In this document: one piece after another, positions 1-10,054 of the stretch
Position numbering within the stretch: position 1 is the first letter of the stretch
How the letters are laid out: each line of letters begins with the position of its first letter
NCBI GenBank assembly: GCA_977017575.1
Contig: CDRNVI010000118.1
Coordinates: 1-33,774 of the forward strand
Source of the DNA: Paramoeba atlantica
Lineage: Eukaryota; Protista; Discosea
Length of the DNA stretch: 33,774 nucleotides
Direction of reading: 5' to 3'
The notes under the pieces: model-generated
The model's input: only the letters and a program-made list of their open reading frames with translations
Told to the model about the DNA's origin: nothing
The model's database searches: none
Program-made: the position numbers and the translations under genes

Positions 1-1
1 C

Positions 2-319
2 ATCCCTCAGGCCGACTTTGATGCTCAACAGTTAAAGGTCTTACCTTGGCAAACCACCTCTTTATACCAAAGTACCAAAGCTTATTTTGAGTCAAAACAT
101 TGCCAAATGGTTGCTTTGGAAAGATTGTCCGATATAGATACCGTGACCGATATAGAAAGGTTCTCCGGCTATATTCGCAGTTTAGGAAGGTTCTGGATTG
201 CCCTATTTTCTAAAATTTTACAGCGACACGACCAGGTTTTTCATGTAACCGAAAAATCTCCTGAAATACATAGTCGACAAATCCCATTTAATAAAGGCTC
301 ACCTATTTGTTTTGCTTAA
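2..319 (+). CDS. DUF2064 / TIGR04282-like glycosyltransferase-family protein, C-terminal part (5' end outside window)
   Basis: Frame is open from base 2 (IPQADFDAQQLKVLPWQTTSLY...ALERLSDIDTVTDI...FNKGSPICFA*). The LPW...L.DID...D pattern is recalled from the DUF2064 family, and the gene lies upstream of the peroxidase-like gene and arsS. Family assignment is from recognition, not a search. Confidence 0.6.
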   Translation: MPQADFDAQQLKVLPWQTTSLYQSTKAYFESKHCQMVALERLSDIDTVTDIERFSGYIRSLGRFWIALFSKILQRHDQVFHVTEKSPEIHSRQIPFNKGSPICFA

Positions 320-419
320 TCACATTAATTCTTGAACCTATAAACTGGTTCTTTCCTATTATTTTTCAGAAATACACCTATAGTGCTATTTCTGTACACA
401 AACCAAAAAAGCAAAACAC

Positions 420-755
420 ATGGCAAACTCATATTACGATCCAGCGGACTTACGAAAGTTTGGAAAAATCACTGAATGGAGCGAGGAACTAGGTAACAAA
501 TTCTTTGATTATTACGGAAAGGTTTTTGAGGAAGGAGCTCTAAGTGCCCGCGAAAAATCCTTGATCGCCCTAGCTGTGGCCCATGTAGTCAAATGTCCTT
601 ATTGCATTGATGCCTATACGAAGGATGGCTTACAACGCGGAATCACTAAAGAAGAAATGATGGAAGCTGTACATGCCGGTGCTGCGATTGAAAGTGGAGC
701 TACCCTTGTACATGGGGTACAGATGATGAACAAGTACAATAAACTATCTATGTAA
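420..755 (+). CDS. AhpD/carboxymuconolactone decarboxylase-like protein (arsenosugar biosynthesis-associated peroxidase-like)
   Basis: 111 aa with GALSAREKSLIALAVAHVVKCPYCIDAY (CxxC AhpD core), directly upstream of arsS. Confidence 0.85.
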   Translation: MANSYYDPADLRKFGKITEWSEELGNKFFDYYGKVFEEGALSAREKSLIALAVAHVVKCPYCIDAYTKDGLQRGITKEEMMEAVHAGAAIESGATLVHGVQMMNKYNKLSM

Positions 756-831
756 TCACGTACCGCTGCGCTGTTGGACGTTAAAACTACTGCGTTGCCG
801 GAAATAAGATCAATTAATTCAGTTAAGTGAA

Positions 832-1920
832 ATGGAACAAAGTATATTGACCGATATTAAAAAAGCGGCAAAAAAATCATTAAAGGCACGTGAAAATGAG
901 CTTGCAGAAACCAACAAACAGTTGGATATCTTGAATGGAGGCATTTTTGCAGAGGGGGAGCTGCCCTATTTTAAAGATAAAATTGCTGAAATTGGCCATT
1001 TTCCCTTGCGCCCCAACAAATTGGAGATTCTACAAATCAATGTGGGCTATATGTGTAACCAGGTTTGCGAACATTGTCATGTGGATGCCGGACCGGACCG
1101 GAAGGAAATCATGACTCGCCAGACCATGGAGCAATGTCTGGAAGTAATTAAGAATACGGGTGCACATACTTTGGATCTTACTGGGGGTGCCCCTGAAATG
1201 AACCCAAATTTCAGATGGTTTGTGGAGGAAGCGGCAAAAGCGGGCATTCAGGATTTCATAGTCCGCTCTAATCTTACCATAATCCGGGCCAACAAAAAAT
1301 ACTATGATCTCCCCGAGTTCTTTAAAAAACATAATGTGCATGTGGTTTCGTCTATGCCACATTATACCCGAGGCAAAACGGACAAGCAGCGTGGTGATGG
1401 TGTTTTTGATAAATCCATTAAAGCTTTACAAGAGTTGAATTCCGTTGGATATGGTAGGCCGAATAGCGATTTGCGTTTGGATTTGGTTTACAACCCATCT
1501 GGAGCATTTTTACCCGGAGATCAGGCTGCCTTGGAGCAAGACTTTAAAAAAGCCTTGGATGAAGATTTCGACATTCAGTTTCACAATTTGTTTGCCATTA
1601 CCAATTTGCCCATTTCGCGCTTTCTGGATTATTTGATTGCTTCTGACAACTATGAAGACTATATGTATGCCCTGGTTGAGGCCTATAACCCTACGGCTGT
1701 TTCCAATGTAATGTGTACCAATACGATCTCCATAAGCTGGGATGGTTGGTTATACGATTGTGACTTTAACCAAATGTTGGACCTTAAGGTAGCCAGTAAG
1801 GTGAAACATATTAAGGACTACAATGAGGATGTCTTAAACCACCGCAACATCATTATATCACAACACTGTTATGGTTGTACAGCAGGCGCCGGAAGTAGTT
1901 GCCAGGGTACTGTGGCCTAA
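832..1920 (+). CDS. arsS: Radical SAM protein of the arsenosugar biosynthesis ArsS family (radical SAM + DUF3641 Cys-rich tail)
   Basis: CNQVCEHC (CxxxCxxC), DLTGGAPEMNP, YDCDFNQML and C-terminal HCYGCTAGAGSSCQG. No in-frame TGA, so this is the Cys (non-seleno) form. Confidence 0.88.
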   Translation: MEQSILTDIKKAAKKSLKARENELAETNKQLDILNGGIFAEGELPYFKDKIAEIGHFPLRPNKLEILQINVGYMCNQVCEHCHVDAGPDRKEIMTRQTMEQCLEVIKNTGAHTLDLTGGAPEMNPNFRWFVEEAAKAGIQDFIVRSNLTIIRANKKYYDLPEFFKKHNVHVVSSMPHYTRGKTDKQRGDGVFDKSIKALQELNSVGYGRPNSDLRLDLVYNPSGAFLPGDQAALEQDFKKALDEDFDIQFHNLFAITNLPISRFLDYLIASDNYEDYMYALVEAYNPTAVSNVMCTNTISISWDGWLYDCDFNQMLDLKVASKVKHIKDYNEDVLNHRNIIISQHCYGCTAGAGSSCQGTVA

Positions 1921-1975
1921 ATTAGGGTAAACTGTAGATAGTCCATCCGTATTTAAACCTTGTTATTTTACACTT

Positions 1976-2004
1976 AAACCGACCCACGGGTCGGTTTGCC
2001 TTTT
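1976..2004 (+). terminator. Probable intrinsic terminator after arsS
   Basis: Perfect inverted repeat AAACCGACCC (1976-1985) / GGGTCGGTTT (1988-1997) followed by GCCTTTT. Confidence 0.7.
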
Positions 2005-2107
2005 GCCTTCATTCCGTTTTGGGTCAATTTTTGTCATTTCACCGATTTTTCCTACAGCTACATCCGTAATTCTTTAGGTGAACCCAATTCTGAGGGAACT
2101 TTGTAAC

Positions 2108-2121
2108 AGACTTGATAGTCT
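2108..2121. promoter_or_regulatory. Candidate TetR autoregulatory operator (AGACT-N4-AGTCT)
   Basis: Dyad 24 nt upstream of the tetR start codon. Short, so the function is inferred. Confidence 0.4.
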
Positions 2122-2144
2122 AATAACCCCAAAACCCAAATCTT

Positions 2145-2762
2145 ATGGACAAGAACCTAAAAAAACGGGAAACCATGCACCGTTTGTGTGCCAAAGGCCT
2201 TGAAGTGTTCCACGAAAAAGGCTATTACAATACTAGCTTGGATGATATACTAAAAGAATTGTCTCTTTCTAAGGGTGCCTTTTACCATCATTTTAAATCC
2301 AAAGAGGACTATTTTATTAGCATTGTACAAAACTTGGTGGTGCAAAAAGTTTATGCGCTATTGGTGGAGCCGTTGAACACCCAAGAGAACCCTCTCCCCG
2401 TTATCCTGGATAGCTTAGAGCAAGCATTGGAACCAGGCAAACAAAACGAAATGGTCTATGGCTTTATGCTCAACGACTTTTTAACAGAGTTTAACAAACG
2501 AAATGCTGAAATAAGCACTTACCTGAAAGATATCATTAAGGTCTGGGAGGTAAATTTGGTTTCCTTGCTTAAAAGAGGCAAAATTGATGGCCATATAGCC
2601 CGTCATGTGGATTGTGAAGGAGTTGCCTCCTATACCATTGCTTCATACCTAGGTATGCGCACCCTTTTTATGGGCAATACCAATAGGCAGTTAAAGTATC
2701 AATATATGCAGCAGTTGAAGCAATATTTTAATTCATTAGCCATTAGACATGCTGTTGCCTAA
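2145..2762 (+). CDS. TetR/AcrR family transcriptional regulator
   Basis: N-terminal HTH: GLEVFHEKGYYNTSLDDILKELSLSKGAFYHHFKSKEDYF. Confidence 0.92.
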   Translation: MDKNLKKRETMHRLCAKGLEVFHEKGYYNTSLDDILKELSLSKGAFYHHFKSKEDYFISIVQNLVVQKVYALLVEPLNTQENPLPVILDSLEQALEPGKQNEMVYGFMLNDFLTEFNKRNAEISTYLKDIIKVWEVNLVSLLKRGKIDGHIARHVDCEGVASYTIASYLGMRTLFMGNTNRQLKYQYMQQLKQYFNSLAIRHAVA

Positions 2763-3808
2763 GCTTTTAAAACTTCTAAAAGTTTGTCCACTACCTTTTG
2801 GGGAGCTATGGATTCCATTGCGGACTGGTATCCTCCCGGAAGTTTGTTTCCATACACTGACGTTGGAATCTTTGGGTACTGTTCCCTATCGGCCATCAGG
2901 GCATTTTCTATGGGCTGATCAAAAGGGTAGAAGCCTACAAAAGGGTGGGTTACTCCCCATAATGTGACCACAGGAATTCCAAAGTTGGCTGCCATATGCG
3001 CGTTGCCACTGTCCATGGACAACATTACATCCAAATTGGAAATCAGTTGTAGTTCTTGGGAAAAATTGAGTTTCCCAGCCATGTTCAGTGTATTTTTAAA
3101 ACTGGATGCAACCGTATTCAACTGCTGAATTTCTAGTGCTCCGCCTCCAAACAACAAAATTTTATACTTATCGGTCTTACATAGAAGCGCAACCACCTCT
3201 CTCATTAGGTGTAAGGGGTACATCTTGCCCTGGTGTGCCGCGAAAGGAGCAATTCCAATCCATTTTTTACTGTCCTGCCCAACAAGTTCAACTACATTTT
3301 CTGACAATTGTTGCCGTTCAAGCAATATCGTTTCTTCCAGCTTAATGGGATACCCCAATTCTCCAAAAACATCGGCATAACGCTGAGGGGTGGTTTTGAG
3401 CTGCCGAAACTTTTTATTACTAGCTCTTGTCAATGCCTTTTTATCAGACCGCCCTTTGTTCAACTGGATGACGGGAATACCATCTAAGGCAAAGTACTTT
3501 TTTAACACTCCGCTTCTTAACACATTGTGCAGGTCTGCCACTGCGGTAAATTGGAATGTGCGGAGTTCTTTGTACAAACGCCACAACCCCACCAAGCCTC
3601 TGTGTTTGTTTTCTACATCGGCCTCAAAAACCGTAACACGATCTAACTGGGAAAAAATGGGAGAAAAGTGACCTTTGGTAAGCACTGTTAACTCCACCTT
3701 TGGGTATTTGTCCAGTACGGTTTTTATGACTGGAATGGTCATGGCCACATCTCCCATGGCAGATAGGCGAATAACAAGAATGCGGGTTGATTTACCCTTT
3801 TTGTCCAC
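2759..3808 (-). CDS. Glycosyltransferase family 9 (ADP-heptose:LPS heptosyltransferase-like)
   Basis: RILVIRLSAMGDVAM at the N-terminus and DVMLSMDSGNAHMAANFGIPVVTLWG. Confidence 0.9.
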   Translation of the reverse strand: MDKKGKSTRILVIRLSAMGDVAMTIPVIKTVLDKYPKVELTVLTKGHFSPIFSQLDRVTVFEADVENKHRGLVGLWRLYKELRTFQFTAVADLHNVLRSGVLKKYFALDGIPVIQLNKGRSDKKALTRASNKKFRQLKTTPQRYADVFGELGYPIKLEETILLERQQLSENVVELVGQDSKKWIGIAPFAAHQGKMYPLHLMREVVALLCKTDKYKILLFGGGALEIQQLNTVASSFKNTLNMAGKLNFSQELQLISNLDVMLSMDSGNAHMAANFGIPVVTLWGVTHPFVGFYPFDQPIENALMADREQYPKIPTSVYGNKLPGGYQSAMESIAPQKVVDKLLEVLKA

Positions 3809-4397
3809 GGAGAACCGGGTTTAGTTCATCGTCATTGTACATTTTCATCTGCTTATAGACTTTCATGTACTTGTCGCCAGATTCAATATCGGCCAATAAT
3901 TGATCAATTGCAGAGGACAAATCCTTCTTCTGTTCTAATAGGACAGTCAATTTTTTTTGGCAATTTTCAATGTGTTCCGAAGAAGCATCGGTACGGTTTA
4001 CCTCCTCCTGCATATGATAAATCTTTAGGGCCAGGATAGAAAGACGATCAAAGGCCCATGCCGGACTTTCTGTATTGATGGTTGCATCCTCCTTTACCTT
4101 AATGGACCTATATTTCTCCAAGAAATAGCTGTCTATATATTCTACTAAATCCGTTCTGTCCTGATTGCTGGCATCAATTTTACGTTTTAACTCAAGCGCG
4201 GCTACTGGATCAATGTCAGGGTCTCGAATGATATCCTCATAATGCCACTGCACGGTATCTATCCAGTTTTTTCGGTATAACAAGTGCTCCACCTTGTCTT
4301 TTGAGTAAGGGCTAACAAATTCTTGATTTACTTCGTCCTTAATATGATAAGTATCTATACTTTCTTGAAAGATATTAAAGGCAAATGCGCTGAACAT
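3792..4397 (-). CDS. DUF4254 domain-containing protein
   Basis: KNWIDTVQWHYEDIIRDPDI, IDASNQDRTDLVEYID and TESPAWAFDRLSILALKIYHM. Start placed at ATG 4397 (MFSAF) rather than 4484, which overlaps the upstream gene. A TATCTTTG -7 promoter-like element lies at 4416-4423 on the minus strand. Confidence 0.8.
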   Translation of the reverse strand: MFSAFAFNIFQESIDTYHIKDEVNQEFVSPYSKDKVEHLLYRKNWIDTVQWHYEDIIRDPDIDPVAALELKRKIDASNQDRTDLVEYIDSYFLEKYRSIKVKEDATINTESPAWAFDRLSILALKIYHMQEEVNRTDASSEHIENCQKKLTVLLEQKKDLSSAIDQLLADIESGDKYMKVYKQMKMYNDDELNPVLRGQKG

Positions 4398-4435
4398 AGG
4401 CAAATTAATTTCCCGCAAAGATATTGCTTTATGGT

Positions 4436-5367
4436 TTACCGATTGAGATCCAAAGCGAAAAGCAAAAACGGAATCAGTATACAAACCGCCATTACCAACT
4501 CCCTTAAACGTGTTTTTTTAATACTCTCCAAATAGTTGGTCAAGAAAACGGCCGCCGGAAAAAAAGTAATCAAAATAGTGGAAGACCCGTTGAAAGTGAA
4601 AATGCAGAGAATTATCCCGAGGACAAAAGCCAAAAACACAATCCGTAGGGGCACCAACTTTCCGCCTCCCTTCTTTCTCACTTTTAAAAAAACAAGAGAG
4701 GATACTACAAGTATCAGCGCCGTATAGATCAATAGTTTTGCAATGCCCTTTTGGACCAAAAGACTGGTAGACAAAAAATCAAGGGGGAAACGGTAATGCT
4801 GCTCAAAAAAGGACAGTTCCCCGTAGACTTTTAAAATGGTAAATGCACATATAAAAAGAGTGATACATGCAGCCATTGGTACCATCCAACTTTTTGCTGT
4901 TTTTCTATCATAAACATTGATGACCACAAACACCAGTACTAAAAAAATAAGGGCCCATTCATAAAAAAGGCTTGCCAGGCCTATTAAAAGGGAAGAGTCA
5001 AAAATCTTGTGCTTTACGTTTTTGGAGGATTTAATGGCCAGTAACCTCCAAACCGCTATCATTAAAAAAAACTGGCAAAGATGGCATTCTTATCCAATAA
5101 GGTGTCTGAAAAAGTGAGCAGTAGCAAAACAAAAAACAACATGGCATAGGAACTAAAGTCCGTTACCTTCTCAGTCTTAACAACTTGATTAATCACAAAA
5201 AGCATGAGAAGTAAAGCTCCAACTGTCAAGATTTCCAACGGTACAGCAATGGTGCTCTCGGTATTTAAAAGGTGGTGCCCAGAATAAAAGCAATAAACCA
5301 AGAATAAAAAGACGGATAAAACTATATAGTTTATTGGTTTTGTTTTTCCAAAAAAGCTTGAAATCAT
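4436..5367 (-). pseudogene. DUF6427-like membrane protein split by a one-base frameshift (or sequencing error)
   Basis: ORFs 5062-5367 and 4436-5062 join into one approx 310 aa hydrophobic protein (...NAIFASFF-L-MIAVWRLL...) if the T8 run at 5064-5071 (minus strand) is T9. Confidence 0.65.
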
Positions 5368-5387
5368 CTTAGGTTTTACTACTTTTG
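5358..5387 (+). promoter_or_regulatory. Bacteroidota sigma70-type promoter (TTG-N19-TAnnTTTG)
   Basis: TTG at 5358-5360 and TACTTTTG at 5380-5387, 19 nt before the ATG at 5407. Confidence 0.65.
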
Positions 5388-5406
5388 CAAAGTAAATATA
5401 GCCAAC

Positions 5407-5628
5407 ATGAGCAAGTTTTTTTACGGAATCGAAGACTTATTTGTAAATGTATTTTTTGCCCCTTACGATATGTTCCGCTTTATGGAAAGTTGGTGGGCCT
5501 CCAACGCTGTGAATTGGGTTTTTGCCATTATTGGTTTTGTGGCCCTGGTGTATTGGATGAAGGAGCTCAAAATTTTCAACGATAATGGAGAGGAAGACAA
5601 AAGTATTTCTTCGCACTCCTATCTGTAA
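5407..5628 (+). CDS. Small Flavobacteriaceae membrane protein (DUF6341-like)
   Basis: 73 aa, FFYGIEDLFVNVFFAPYDMFR...WWASNAVNWVF...YWMKEL...EDKSISSHSYL. Has its own promoter. Confidence 0.65.
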   Translation: MSKFFYGIEDLFVNVFFAPYDMFRFMESWWASNAVNWVFAIIGFVALVYWMKELKIFNDNGEEDKSISSHSYL

Positions 5629-5683
5629 CTTACCAATAGCTCTTTTTTTACGTCAAATTCCCATGACGGAGTAGCCTTGAACT

Positions 5684-6328
5684 TTATAGGTCAAATCCAA
5701 GGTCCTTTCTGTAGTACATACCCTCAAAATGTAGTTTTTCCAAATTTTGATAGGATTTGTCGAGGGCCTGCTTAAAATCTTCGCCAAAGGAAGTAACCGT
5801 AATCACCCTTCCTCCATTTGTTACTACTTTGTTATCTGTAGTTTTGGTTCCTGCATGGAATACCAGTGAATCCTTAATCTCCTCAATTCCTGTAATCTCC
5901 TTCCCTTTTTCATAAGCCTCTGGGTAACCTCCTGATACAGCCATAACAGTAGTAGCTGTCCTAGAATCAATTTGAAGGTTGATTTGATCTAAATTCCCAT
6001 TGGCCATGGCGGTAAGTATTTCCACTAGATCCGTCTGAACCCTTGGAATGACCACTTCGGTTTCGGGATCACCCATCCGCACATTGTATTCAATAACCTT
6101 AGGTTGATCTCCAACCTTGATCAACCCAATAAATATAAATCCAACGTAGGGCAGCTTATCCCTTTTAAGCCCTTCTACAGTAGGTTTTACAATTTGATGC
6201 TCAATCGTCTGCATAAAATCCTTATCTGCAAAAGGAACAGGGGAAATGGCTCCCATTCCGCCCGTATTGAGTCCGGTATCTCCTTCACCGATACGTTTAT
6301 AGTCTTTTGCCGTGGGCAGGATCTTATT
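5684..6328 (-). CDS. purD: Phosphoribosylamine-glycine ligase, C-terminal half only (5' half lost at the junction)
   Basis: [51 protein letters not shown] and TNGGRV. The frame runs into mitochondrial sequence above about 6328 with no start codon. Confidence 0.93.
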   Translation of the reverse strand, partial: NKILPTAKDYKRIGEGDTGLNTGGMGAISPVPFADKDFMQTIEHQIVKPTVEGLKRDKLPYVGFIFIGLIKVGDQPKVIEYNVRMGDPETEVVIPRVQTDLVEILTAMANGNLDQINLQIDSRTATTVMAVSGGYPEAYEKGKEITGIEEIKDSLVFHAGTKTTDNKVVTNGGRVITVTSFGEDFKQALDKSYQNLEKLHFEGMYYRKDLGFDL

Positions 6329-6330
6329 GA
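6320..6330. other. Bacterial / mitochondrial junction
   Basis: Abrupt switch in base composition, coding strand and genetic code. purD (minus) and cox2 (plus) both lose their 5' parts here. Confidence 0.9.
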
Positions 6331-6832
6331 ATTTAGTTTCGATAGTTATATGGTACCTACTAATGAATTATCAGATAAAGGTTTACGTTTATTAGAAACT
6401 ACAAATCCAGTAGTATTGCCTGTAGATACTTTTATAAAAGTATATGTAACAGCTAGTGATGTATTACATTGTTGAGCTGTCCCTTCATTAGGTATAAAAA
6501 TAGATGCTTGTCCTGGTAGGTTAAATCAGGTAAATTTATTTATAGATAGAATTGGTCATTTTTATGGTCAATGTAGTGAATTATGTGGTGTAAATCATGG
6601 TTTTATGCCTATTGAAATATATAGTATAACTAAATTAGATTATATTACATATTTATGTTTAGCTTGTGAAGATTTTAGAAATAATTCGTTTAATCAACTA
6701 ATAAATTATTATCATTATTTTTATGAAGATGGAAGTAATGCTATTGTTTTTACTAGAGGTTTCTATGATTGATGACAAGATCAACTTAATTTATCAATAA
6801 AAGAATTTTTAAATAAAGAAAATAGTATATAA
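6320..6832 (+). CDS. cox2: Cytochrome c oxidase subunit 2, 5'-truncated, with C-terminal extension (code 4)
   Basis: FDSYM...LRLLE...DVLHCW(TGA)[18 protein letters not shown]...[18 protein letters not shown] (CuA ligands). TAA at 6830-6832. Confidence 0.95.
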
Positions 6833-6835
6833 AAT

Positions 6836-7705
6836 ATGATTAATAAATTTAAACATTTTCATTTTTGACATATTGTAACAATTAGTCCATGACCTTTATT
6901 ATTATCTATGTTTGCATTATCAATGCCAGTAGGTTTAGTAACTTTTTTTCAAGGATTTTATTATGGTGTACCTGTATTTTTTATAGGTTTAATTATGGTA
7001 ATATTTATTATATGTTTATGATTTAGAGATATAGTAATTGAAGCAAGTTATGAAGGTCATCATACTAAACAAGTTCAATCAAGCTTAATTATAAGCTTTT
7101 TACTTTTTATTTTTTCAGAAGTAATGCTTTTTGTAGCTTTTTTCTGAGCTTTTTTTCATTCAAGTATTTTTCCTACAGTAGAATTAAATTGTAGTTGACC
7201 TCCCGTAGGAATGAGTGAAATAATTATGGATCCTTTTGGTATTCCTTTATTAAATACTTTATTATTATTAACATCAGGTGCTACTTTAACTTTAGCACAT
7301 TTATATTTAAAACAAGGATATATGGATAAATGTTTATTAACTATGGTTGTTACAATTGTATTTGCTGTATTATTTTTATCTTTTCAGTTTTATGAATATA
7401 GTGTTTCTGCTTTTGATATTTCAGATGGTGTTTATGGTTCAACTTTTTTTTGTTGTACTGGTTTACATGGTTTTCACGTTATTGTTGGTACTATAGCTTT
7501 AAGTATGACTACTTATCGTATATATTTATCACATTTTTCACGTAATCACCATTTAGGTTTTGAATTTGCAGCTTGATATTGACATTTTGTTGATGTAGTA
7601 TGATTATTTTTATATATGATTATATATTGTTGAGGTAGTGATATGGTAGCTCCTCTTATATTAGAATTAAAAGATGGAAAAGAGAATATTTTTTATTTAG
7701 TATAA
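6836..7705 (+). CDS. cox3: Cytochrome c oxidase subunit 3 (code 4), 289 aa
   Basis: SPWP, EGHHT, SEVMLF..FFWAFFH, DGVYGSTFF..TGLHGFHV and WYWHFVDVVW, with TGA at the conserved Trp sites. Confidence 0.96.
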
Positions 7706-7712
7706 CTTTACA

Positions 7713-9374
<1,662 letters not shown>

Positions 9375-9390
9375 TAATTTTACTAATATA

Positions 9391-9464
9391 ATCCCTCTGG
9401 TCTAATTGGTTAAGACATATCACTCATAATGGTACTGATATAGGTTCAAGTCCTATGGGGGATA
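9391..9464 (+). tRNA. tRNA with CAU anticodon (elongator Met or lysidine Ile2)
   Basis: Cloverleaf, acceptor ATCCCTC/GGGGGAT, loop CT-CAT-AA. Confidence 0.85.
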
Positions 9465-9465
9465 A

Positions 9466-9537
9466 ATAGTTGTAGTGTAGTGGTTAACATATTAGTCTTC
9501 AAAACTAATGACATAGGTTCAAATCCTATCAACTGTG
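9466..9537 (+). tRNA. trnW: tRNA-Trp(UCA)
   Basis: Anticodon arm TTAGT-CT-TCA-AA-ACTAA, G73. Reads the TGA Trp codons. Confidence 0.9.
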
Positions 9538-9569
9538 TTAATTATAGATGATATAATTAAATATAATAA

Positions 9570-9641
9570 AATAGGGTGACTGAAAGGTAAAGTATTGTTT
9601 TTTGGCAGCAAATCGTGTAGGTTCGAGTCCTACTCCTAAGT
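9570..9641 (+). tRNA. trnQ: tRNA-Gln(UUG)
   Basis: TTGTT-TT-TTG-GC-AGCAA. Acceptor pairs 1 and 2 mismatched. Confidence 0.88.
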
Positions 9642-9654
9642 ATTAAAATTTTTT

Positions 9655-9727
9655 TTAAGGATAGTATAAATGGTTATTATAATTGATTGCAAATCTATAG
9701 ATATCGGTTCGAGTCCGTTTCCTAACT
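9655..9727 (+). tRNA. trnC: tRNA-Cys(GCA)
   Basis: ATTGA-TT-GCA-AA-TCTAT, U73. Acceptor pairs 1 and 3 mismatched. Confidence 0.87.
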
Positions 9728-9754
9728 TTTTTAAATTTAATATAAATATAATAA

Positions 9755-9827
9755 ATACCTATAGTTTAATTGGTTAAAACATGCATTTGATAAGTGCAAA
9801 TTGATAGTTCGAGTCTATCTGGGGTTA
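9755..9827 (+). tRNA. trnI: tRNA-Ile(GAU)
   Basis: TGCAT-TT-GAT-AA-GTGCA. Acceptor pairs 2 and 3 mismatched. Confidence 0.9.
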
Positions 9828-9836
9828 TAAATAAAA

Positions 9837-9909
9837 AAATAGTTAGCTCAATTGGTAGAGCATCGGCCTTTTAAGCTGAGGGTTATAGGTTCGAGCCCTA
9901 TACTATCTA
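9837..9909 (+). tRNA. trnK: tRNA-Lys(UUU)
   Basis: TCGGC-CT-TTT-AA-GCTGA. Acceptor pair 2 mismatched. Confidence 0.92.
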
Positions 9910-9915
9910 TAAAAA

Positions 9916-9988
9916 TATGGAATGGTGTAATAGGTTAGCACATCGAGTTGTGATTTCGATAGTATGAGTTCAAGTCTCATTTCTTACC
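9916..9988 (+). tRNA. trnH: tRNA-His(GUG)
   Basis: TCGAG-TT-GTG-AT-TTCGA, C73. Acceptor pairs 1-3 mismatched and no encoded G-1. Confidence 0.9.
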
Positions 9989-10054
9989 TAAATTAAGAAT
10001 AATAAAATTAATAAAATATATATTTTATTAAAATTTTTTTATTAATTTGTAAAG

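Noticed and set aside
832-1920. ArsS as a selenoprotein
   Set aside because: There is no in-frame TGA; the C-terminal motif is fully encoded by sense codons.
307-5585. Short ORF-track ORFs 307-492, 1030-1362, 1445-1636, 2749-2967, 3106-3345, 3390-3671, 4323-4535, 4536-4727 and 5385-5585
   Set aside because: They overlap well-supported genes in another frame or strand and have no recognisable motifs, so they are shadow ORFs.
6104-6475. 123 aa ORF spanning the junction as a novel fusion protein
   Set aside because: Its first part is antisense purD and its second part is cox2, ending only at a TGA Trp codon. It is a product of the junction.
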